Source: Catajapyx aquilonaris
Taxonomy: Eukaryota
Reading direction: 5' to 3'
Length of the DNA stretch: 24,877 bases
NCBI GenBank assembly: GCA_000934665.2
Contig: JYFJ02001209.1
Span: 62,001 to 86,877 of the forward strand
The notes below the pieces were generated by a model that saw only the letters and a list, made by a program, of their open reading frames with translations, made no database searches and was not told the DNA's origin. Shown here one piece after another: positions 12,101-21,046 of the stretch (within the stretch, counting starts at the first letter, position 1; each line of letters opens with the position of its first letter). The position numbers and the translations under genes were made by a program.

Positions 12101-15066
12101 TCAGTTGTGGGATAGAAAATCAGGGCACCACATGCAATTGTCAGTATCTGTTCTTGGGCATATCAGTTAAAATGAAAGAGAAAAAAATATATATAGTATG
12201 ACGCTAACAAGGTCAAACAAAAAGTATTCCATTCACCTGGTGCTCAAAATGGTCTTGACAGAGTCCACATTCAATTTTTTTTTTTTTGTTAAAGAAAAAC
12301 AAAGAAAAAAAAGTAACCAAATTGTTTGTTTGTACATAATTTTCTATCGAGAGTTGTAGAGTATTTATTTACCGGCAGTTGGACTTTTTTCTGCTGTCAA
12401 ATCTAGCTTTTTTTTTTTTCTTTGTTCCATAAGTGAGAGAACTACTGTCTTGAGCCACTTTTTCCAAGCTTGTTTTCTTATTTCTTCAACAAAAAAAAGT
12501 TGTTTTTTTGGGGGGAGGGGAGGGATAGGGGCGTTGGGAGGGAGTGTTTTACATGATAATTGTTAAAATGCATTTCCATTGAAATTAAATCGGTGTTGAA
12601 CAAAAAATCACCCAAGCCATGCCTTAGTGCACAATAAAGTGAAATTCTCGCAAGACTTTGCAACCTGAGGATATTTATCATGTCAGTTTTTTGAAATTGC
12701 CTTAACAGATTCCAATGGTTGTAAGTTCTCTATTCTGCCAAAAAAAAACACAGAGTAAAACAAATAATAAGTCAATATGAAAGGGCTAACCAATAATTGT
12801 TTTTTGCAAATTTGTTTTAATGAATATGGAAAACTGATATAGACTATTGAAATTATGTGTGTCAGCTATTTTCCAGTGGTTTCTCTGCACTTTCAAAGTT
12901 TTTCAATGAACCTGTTGGATGCCGACACCTTGCTCGTAGTGCCACTGCCACACCTTTCACCTCTCCTTTGTGAGATGTCTTTCCGACAGTGGCTTGTTAA
13001 CAAAGACCAAAAGGGTGAAAGTCACTGGCCTTTAGAGTGGTTGGAAATATGTTCCTATCGGAAGAGGTGAAATATCCACAGTGGTTCTGTGTTCGAGATG
13101 TGCCCTTTCTCAACAGGGGCATTGAAAAACTTGGTTTTGAGTGAAACGAAGTAAGGCAATGCCTCGGGAGATTACAGTGAATAATAGTTAAAGCTATAAA
13201 GGATGCGGAAATTTAACGTGTTGTCACTTTGGAGGGCGGTAAATGGAATCCAGGCATTCATTGCATGAATAGGTATACAGGGGTTTCTCTGTATCGCTGC
13301 TACGGAGACCCACAGTATCTATACTTAAAATGATCCTGCTACCATCCGCCAAAGTTTCAGTATGTTACATATCCACACCCTGTATACTTTTATTGCTATC
13401 TTAGTTTAGACACTCATTGAAATATATTCTCAAAAAAATTGGAAGCGAATTATTGGCTTGCCCTTGTATTAATGACCAGTATGGGGTACAATCCGGCTGT
13501 GTATTCACATGAAGGGAGTTTTTAAAAATGGCCATAGCAATTAAGGATGGCGAATCTGATGCATTGTAATGTGTCGTTTACCAAATGCCTTTAAATTCAG
13601 CAGTGGCAGTGCCATAATTATTATCAGCCAGGTTATTTTTTATGTCTGATTGTCAGATGATATCGGCAGAAAACTTTTTGATGCTTGCAATTATGCATGA
13701 CCTGCAAAATAATAATAATAATAAAAAAGCTGTTATGAGACATTTAACTATTTTTAATAGTGTCAAAAAAACAATTCTGCTCGACATCAATCTCCACTCT
13801 TGTCAGCCAGCATACAACTTTTTATGCCAAAAAAAAGAAGAGAACATTTGTAAAATGCAGCTCAGGAATTAACAATGGCAGCGGACATGAAGGGGGACAA
13901 AAAAGAAAAAAAGAAACTCAACTTCCAAAGGGCATTCAGAATGTAAATTGTTGATCTTGGTGCATTTCTCAGTTCTGCATGTTGGCTAGGTGTTCAGCCT
14001 TCTCTTTTTATTTTGTTTTTTGTATTTAAAAAATAATGACCACAATCATTTCCTCAAAGTACACATAAGTGATGACAAAAAGACTGAAAACACGTCTCGA
14101 CGGACCGACTAAAAATGTGTGAATGAAGATGCCTGCGTGACGTCTCACAAGTCAAAAATAATAAGCATTACCAAGTAGCGTTGTTTCGTTCTAAGTCTGC
14201 CTCGTACTGGCATTGCCTCTACGCCTCTCCATGTGTAGTTTCCTTTTCCCGATCGCCAGGTGAGAGGCAGTGCCAAACGGGCAGGTAGTAATAAGGTGTA
14301 AAAAAAAAGTGGTTCCCTAGCCCTCCGTCACCCTTCTCCCATTGACCGTCATCCAACCCTGTGCGCAGATATACCCCAGTTAACATTGTGGAGGGCTAGG
14401 CAACCCCTTTGGCAAATCCAAGGACCCACAAGTATGCTACAAGGTTAAGTCAAATGGAAACATACAAGTGAACCCACATGAACACTGTTACGAATAAGTG
14501 CTATGTACTCCCAAAAAATCTATTTGTGAACTGTTTCGTTGACATGAGGCTGTTGCATTGGGAATATCTTCTGGTGCCAGTGACTCAAGTTGGATTATGT
14601 ACAGATACTTCGTCAAAATTTAAGAATATTTTGTTCCTGGTCCTGTTCGTAACCGCGTCAGTGTTTGGTTCTCTTGCTTGCTTTTGATTGACCCAACCTT
14701 GTACTGCTAGAAGAATCATTGTTGGACCCGACCTTTCCAGGGAAGACAGGAAGTCTTGCTTTATACTTTTTGATTCCCTTCTAGTCATTCTAGAGCTTTT
14801 GGTAATTTTTTTTTTTTCATCTGTGGCTTTATGATGTTGATGTATCAGTCCCCCCAATACATTTTACGTTTTGTTGTTTTTCCGTAAAATGGGGGGTTGC
14901 TGCACTTCCTGTCCAACATAAAGGGAAGGTTTTTTTAAAAAAATGGGGGTTGCGGTCTGACAATGGTGCTTCTAAGGGCATTCGAATCATCCCTGGGTTA
15001 ATTTAGGTTATAAAACAGATTGATCATGTCATATTATGACAAAAAGAAGTCTGAAGAACAAATAAA
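9111..15066 (+). other. Probable long KPNA 3' UTR with alternative poly(A) sites
   Basis: About 6 kb of A/T-run-rich sequence with no credible exon and no clear TIR/TSD transposon. AATAAA at 9528, 10796, 12633, ~13719 and 15061. The extent is inferred. Confidence 0.4.
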
Positions 15067-15128
15067 ATTGGAACTTGACATCTTGTGATTGCATTAATTA
15101 ATTTCCCCAAGTCCCATATGTTTTTGCT

Positions 15129-15252
15129 GTGGTGGTGGTTGTGGGGCTCGGGTTTCTCCAGTGACCCCAAGAACTCTGCTGGCGGTAGCTTCTTTTACTG
15201 GCAGGGCCTCCCAAGTTGGACAGGTCTCTGGGATAGGACAGACTAGGAGAGA
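15129..15252 (+). mobile_element. RTE-clade (BovB/Rex3-type) LINE 5'-UTR fragment or RTE-derived SINE body
   Basis: GTGGTGG...GGGGCTCG...CAGTGACCCCAAGAACTCTGCTGGCGGTAGC...ACTGGCAGGGCCTCCCAAGTTGGACAGGTC...CAGACTA resembles the RTE 5' UTR core I recall (AGGGCCACCCAAGACGGACAGGTC). Confidence 0.55.
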
Positions 15253-15953
15253 TACCAGTCTTAATTCCTCTCTTCGTTTCCGTCTCCTCCTGTCCCACCT
15301 TTGCGTCTTCCAACAGCCAGATAGCCATAGTTGCTTTGGCTTCCTAATAAACCTAAACCCATATGTTTCCTACAGTAGTGTCTGATCAGCTGACAATGAT
15401 GTAAGGATGTTCACTAGACAGGACTGGACAATGTTATGCGGCAGGTTCACATCTGATGCAATTGCTTCACTTAATAAGTTTATTGTTACGTATTACTATT
15501 GTGAGAAAAATTGTCCTGTTAGGGATGTCAAATTTTTTTATTCTTAACTATTCTAACAGACCAATTAGGAAACACTTCGATCATCAAAAACATAACTCTC
15601 AAACTTAGATTAGATGATTTTTCCCAGGTACCTCTCATGCCCATAGCAGTGGGCATTAGCAGTTCATCTTGAAGCAAAATAGTGTCCAGCTGAATGTCTC
15701 GTAATAAGTCCATTGACAGCCATTACTATAATTGTTCAAGACAGTGGGGCCACTTGGGTGCATTCTAAAAAAACCCAATGCTGCTCACCGTGATACAAAA
15801 GCTCATTTGAATATTCTATATACACAGGTGTTACGTAGCCCTCGATTTTTAAAGGATTTTAACTCTCTAATTCAGAAAACCCATTTTTATGTGACCCTCT
15901 GTCAGATTCTTAGCACTACCAAAGTTACGAGTCTTCTAATGGCAGGAACATGT

Positions 15954-16714
15954 TCACTTTGGAGCTGCCAGTGCGGCGGCCGCCTTCCGTGCTGCATCTG
16001 CCCTCTCAGCTGCAGCCTCCTCGTTTATCTTCCGGTGCCACTCAATGTTCATCTTCTGCACGCTTTCACCTCGACTGTGGGCCAACTTGCCTGAGTAAAT
16101 CATGATCGCACAACCACACGCAGTCAGGAACATCAAAAAAATGTTGATCTTTATGCGGGCCTTGTTGCGGGCCTTCTCCATAACATCCTGCCTGTAACGA
16201 CACATTTCAACCATTAGAGGTGCTCTAGCTAGGGTCCCTATAAACTGAACTAGTGACATTACAATCACAGTGAAACCAGCTTGTAGCATATTCTGGCTAT
16301 GTTCTTGCCATATGTGAGTGAGTGCAAATGTATAATTCCCATAAAGAGGACAACAACCTACGAGAGTCTCACAATTAATTGGTCACTCACCGAACCAGAG
16401 CCGGAACCTCATCCAGGGTCCGGTACTTCCCTCCCCAAACCAGCAGGTACCTCTCGTACTTGCTGACCCGATGAGGAGTCAATGCTGTTGGTATGAGTAA
16501 TATTAGCAGAGTTCATTTCCACTCGGCAGTGGCACTTACTCGGCGGGATGTACCCTACTTCCTCCGCCTTTCCTCCTGCTTCCTCCGCCTTCCCTCCTGC
16601 TGGCTTCTCATTCCTGGTCGCCACCCCCGTCCGAATCATCCTGACCTGCAACGGGGCTCTGCTGGCTGGCACAATCTGTCGAGCCAACGCCGCAAAGAGC
16701 CTACACTGCTGCAT
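15954..16714 (-). CDS. FAM162A: FAM162 family (DUF1075; HGTD-P-like) mitochondrial membrane protein, 168 aa
   Basis: Exons (minus) 16714-16540, 16484-16391, 16191-15954; GT-AG, phases 1,2. Arg-rich presequence-like N-terminus (MQQCRLFAALARQIVPASRAPLQVRMIRT), family core HRVSKYERYLLVWGGKYRTLDEVPALVRQDVMEKARNKARIKINIFLMFLTACGCAIMIYSGK, one TM helix. Likely co-ortholog of FAM162A/B. Confidence 0.92.
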
Positions 16715-17520
16715 AGCTACCGATGAACTACCGTGCGCTGACGGATGTGTTACGTACTCTGAAATACAATTTGGCAAGGTTAAGGCTGCCCACTTCAAAA
16801 TTAGCCCCAATATGTACCCAACAGATAAAGTGCTGTCCAATGTACTTCGCTGGCTCAGCTCCAACTGCCAATTGAGCCCTCCCCCTCCCTTTATATATGC
16901 AAAGGCCTAATAAAAGTAGGGCATATGTCCCCAGTTTTATGTTGACAAAAACCGGTATCGGAGACAAAAAGTGGAGGCCTACGTGACTGTAGCACCGTCT
17001 GCTCCTTCTCACTAGTCCCTTCCGATTGGTCCAGGGGATGCAGGGACTCCACCCACACGTGGACGGCGGGAGGTTCACGTGTGTCCTTCTGTGCATGAAC
17101 GTGCATATGTGCACGTGATGTGCAACATGTCCTGGCACCTGGTGCTCTTGCACTGTGCATTATTTATGGCAAAATTTTCGCATTTATTTGCTCTGAACGA
17201 TCATGCTCTGAACATGACCGTGCTCTGAACCATGCTCTGAACTAATTATCGTCGTGCGCATGCGCAGATGCTGTGCACAGTGCACAGTGCAGTTGTAAAT
17301 TGAAGAAAGTGCCGAACGCACCCATCGTCTTTTTCGCCTCACTTGAGCTGAAGCATTGTCTCCCAAGAAGTGTCTTGTCCCTCTTCATTTTGCGCCTTTA
17401 ACAGTGGTAGAGACTTCGCTGTGGTCCACCGCCGCAAAGGGTAGGTCCACAGAATAAGTTTGGCCCCATTGCCATTGTATTGTCTGGTGGGTATAAACAT
17501 TTTTTGCTTGGAAACTAGCA
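16715..17520. promoter_or_regulatory. Divergent promoter shared by FAM162 and TIPRL
   Basis: Head-to-head ATGs about 0.8 kb apart. Perfect NRF1/EWG palindrome TGCGCATGCGCA at 17255-17266. ACGTG cores at 16981, 17057, 17077, 17099 and 17113. Possible TIPRL 5'-UTR intron 17441-17518 (GTAGGT...CTAG). Confidence 0.65.
17189..17242 (+). repeat. Four spaced copies of TGCTCTGAAC
   Basis: Exact decamer at 17189, 17204, 17221 and 17233. Confidence 0.85.
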
Positions 17521-18791
17521 ATGAGCCAGGCATCACCGCCGGAAGGGCAGGAGGGTGCATCCCAGCCTGAGGATGTGAGGGGGCCGACTGCCACCGTGAC
17601 AGGTCCGAAGCCGGGAAGGGGGCACAAGGGAGAGATGATGCTCCCAAAGCTGCCGCCAGTCTCGCAGCAGTGTGAGTTCGGACCATGGACAGTGGTCACC
17701 AGGAAGAGCCACATCCTGCAGTCAAAGTGCTGTTGCGCCAAGCTGGCCGGGAGCGGAGACGGGAAGTGCTCATTTTGCAGGTACGATACGCAGTTGTCAC
17801 TCGACACGACCAGTATGATATGAGATCCGCTTTTCAGCTACGAGGAGAGTCTGAAGTTGCCGCAGCTGCCAGACATGGTGTTTCCTGAGAACTCCCTAGA
17901 GGTCAATCACAAGATGGGCTTTGGGATGCAGTTCAACGCCCTAGACGCACTCAAGATGGTCAATGACCACCAGGATCTTATCAAGGTTGCTTGCGCCGAT
18001 GCTTGGAGAGAATCGCGGTTTGTATTTCCGTACATTGTGTTTGGACGGTGCTAATCTGAATTTCCCTCTAGGTCTGAATCGGAGCATATAAATGAAGTCA
18101 TCAAGCCGTTTGACTGGACATTCACAACCAATTACCAGGGCAGCATGACTGGCAATCCACCTTTGAAAATGTTGGACACTGATGAGAGGGTAGATCTAGA
18201 GAAACTCAAGCAGCGGGAGAAGATTACATTCTACGATGATGTCACCCTCTTTGAAGATGAGCTCCATGACCATGGTTGTGCGATTTGCAGTGTGAAAATT
18301 GTGAGTAGAGCAGAATTTATGCAGCTATGTAATGAACAGGGAGCAAGTGATTTTTTTTCTTCGAGAGCATGTGCATTATCGCAAATACTTTTGCCCTTCA
18401 CCTGATCATGCCTCATTTCACATGATGCAATATGAACATTGGTATTCTGATGAATCATTTTTCGTGACAGCGAGTGATGCCGGCCAGCTTCTTTGTTCTC
18501 CAACGCTTTTACCTCAGAGTGGACGAGGTTTTGATCCGCATCAATGACACTCGCTTATATTATGAAGCGGAGAAGAACTACATGATACGTGAATACACAT
18601 CCAGGGAGAGTAAAATGAACGAATTGAAGGTAACACACAAAGACTTGTGATTTCTTATCTAGTGGGTATCATGCCCTGTTTTTTGTTTTGTTTTGCAGGT
18701 GCCTGTTGCAATGTGCGCTGATCCCAACGCCATATGGCCCCACCTCCCTGTGGTTGACAGCCAATTCCAGAAGCTGGAGTTTCCCTTGTGA
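17521..18791 (+). CDS. TIPRL: TIP41-like protein (PP2A regulator), ~306 aa
   Basis: Exons 17521-17780, 17838-18017, 18072-18300, 18471-18629, 18699-18791 (921 nt; GT-AG; phases 2,2,0,0). Motifs [78 protein letters not shown]. The start could instead be the downstream MM at 17635. Confidence 0.95.
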
Positions 18792-20117
18792 CACACTTAC
18801 ACAATGTCCACCAAGTTCTGAGACCAAGTTAGAAAGCATCATTCTTCCAACCATTTCCAGGGATTTCACGGCAGCCTCATTTTGTATGAGAATGTGGCAG
18901 TAGAGTCAATTACCTGGCGAATCCATTCTGCTAGACCAGGGTACTTGAAGCCAATAATGCCTGAGAAGCACCGACTTGCCAATAATTGCTGAAGAAATAG
19001 ACTTTCCATATGCATCAATGATATTTATACTAACTTGTACCCTTATACATACGAAATACATTTGGAAAAGTGCATTGAAATTCTTAATCCGGGGTACTCG
19101 GGTAATTGTATTGTCATCTGGAGTGGCACACCTGCAATGATAAGAAGTTCATTGGTTTCACAGTATTGTCAGCATAGGTATTCAGTTTTTTTTTTTTCCC
19201 TTTCAATGATTGCTATGAAATGAATGAAATCAATGGGCACTTCATATGAAGAACATGCAGTTTGGAAATTTTGCGTTTGCCCCATTTATTAATGAGGGCA
19301 AGTTCTTTCAATAATAATCATCATCATAATTTAAAATCACATCTTGTCTGATAGGTATTCCATGCACTAATTATTGTGTTTCGTCTAATGTTTGTCAAGA
19401 TTGCTTGAAATAATTAATGGAAGAGTCTAGAGTCACCGTAAATAAGCTTACCAATGCGAGGAATGTGTCTTCACTCAGGATCACTGATTACACTTGAAAT
19501 TTTTTCTTGTAGTGTCAGGCATCTGTATGACTTATGGGAGTGAAGATAATGTAATGTTATAATTACACTTGGTTTTCGCCAGGAGGAGTCTTGGGGCCAA
19601 AGAAGCCATAAAATGGAAAACCTGGGGCAGAAAGGGAAAGAGAGAGGGTGAAAGAGAAGTAAAATTTTGCATGGTCTCGTTTCGCACATTTACTTATACA
19701 CACAATTCAGTGTTTATGAGAACTTTTAAGGGGGCAAGTTACCTTCTTTTTTTTCTTTTTTTGACTTGACAATCAAAACCATTTGTCATCAGATTAATTT
19801 TATGCGATTTTATGCTAGAGTAATCAACCTGAAGTTATCCAGGTGCACCAACAATAATTCTTCCCCATCTTTCGCTCCTTTTTCTTTCCACCCCTTCATC
19901 TCTTCCCTTCCACCTCAGGCTGCTAGTTGAAGAAGTTCAGGGAGAATTGTCACCAAATGAAGTACAAAACTTCTAATTTGGCCCCTGATCTACTCCTAGG
20001 TTTGGACTTCAGACTTTGCAAAGTTTGGCATAATTTGTTTTATAACTCCCGTCGCCATTTGCAGGCAGGTAGACATACGGCTAAGCTGGACACAACAATT
20101 TCACGTATTTGTGCTAG

Positions 20118-20187
20118 CAGAGCCGGCCTTAGGGGTGGGCAGTCCGGCCGACCGCCCGGAGCCCCGCGCTTCTGGGGGCCCCGCGCC

Positions 20188-20218
<31 letters not shown>

Positions 20219-20580
20219 AGGGAGGGAGAGGGAGAGGGAGAGAGCTCATAAAATAAGCCAAGAGTTAATGACATTTTGAACGAGTATTTCATCATTACAC
20301 ACCCATTCAAATCTACTACATTCAACTAAGCTCGTGTGACCTTGAACTTAAAAAAATTTCGCCTGCGGCGGGCTTGCTCCTCTCCCTCTACTGCTTATGG
20401 GCCCGCACCCTAGAATTTTCTGTCTACGCCCCTCAGTTGTACGTTATTATAGAAAGTCAGCCGACAAAATTGTTGGATACGCAATTCGTGTTGTACAGAA
20501 ATTCACTCACTGAGAACAGGCCCCGCTCCCCCGCATTTAGTTCTTGCCCTAGGCCCCGCACCCACCTAGGGCCGGCCCTG
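20118..20580. mobile_element. hAT-family MITE, 463 bp
   Basis: 16-bp TIRs CAGAGCCGGCCTTAGG / CCTAGGGCCGGCCCTG (2 mismatches). Exact 8-bp TSD TGTGCTAG at 20110-20117 and 20581-20588. GC-rich subterminal GGCCCC/GCCCC motifs. Confidence 0.9.
20188..20244 (+). repeat. (GA)n / GAGAGG purine microsatellite inside the hAT MITE
   Basis: Directly visible GA and GGGAGA run. Confidence 0.9.
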
Positions 20581-21046
20581 TGTGCTAGTTACCTTCCCAA
20601 AATTGATATTTTTGGAAGGAAGAAACCTTGTTGCACTCACGAGTCTGTAACAGAATCATCACATCTTCACAGCAGAGCCTCTTCGTATGAATGTAAACTG
20701 TATTCCATGAAGCCGCCATATAATTTGCACAAGGAATGTTAGACGTTATGGCAACGTTACAACTCAAATTGATTTCATTGAATATCCCAGATATTTTCTC
20801 TGTTAATCCATATTTATTTCCGATCTCTTGAATTTACATGCACCAAAGAAAAAGAAAAAAACTTGAGCGAACACACTTTTGGAACTTGCCTTCTTAAAAG
20901 ATGACACATTGCGTGTCTCATGTCTTGAGCTCTCATAGGACACGATATAGTGAGTGATCAGGTTGTAAATAATCCAACATTAAACATTTGGGAAAAGTTG
21001 GATCTGAACAGATCTGCACAGAGGTGTGTTACTGAATAATTGTTCT

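Noticed and set aside
14197..14435. H/ACA snoRNA reading of the two hairpins
   Set aside because: No convincing H box apart from a poly-A run, the ACA is not placed right after the second stem, and the site is not intronic; kept only as generic structure.
9941..14857. Short ORFs of 60-135 aa downstream of KPNA
   Set aside because: Low-complexity, no family motifs, and no frame-consistent exon chain.
17189..17242. CRISPR-like repeat-spacer look
   Set aside because: Repeats are 10 bp with 2-7 nt spacers, in eukaryotic DNA with no cas genes.
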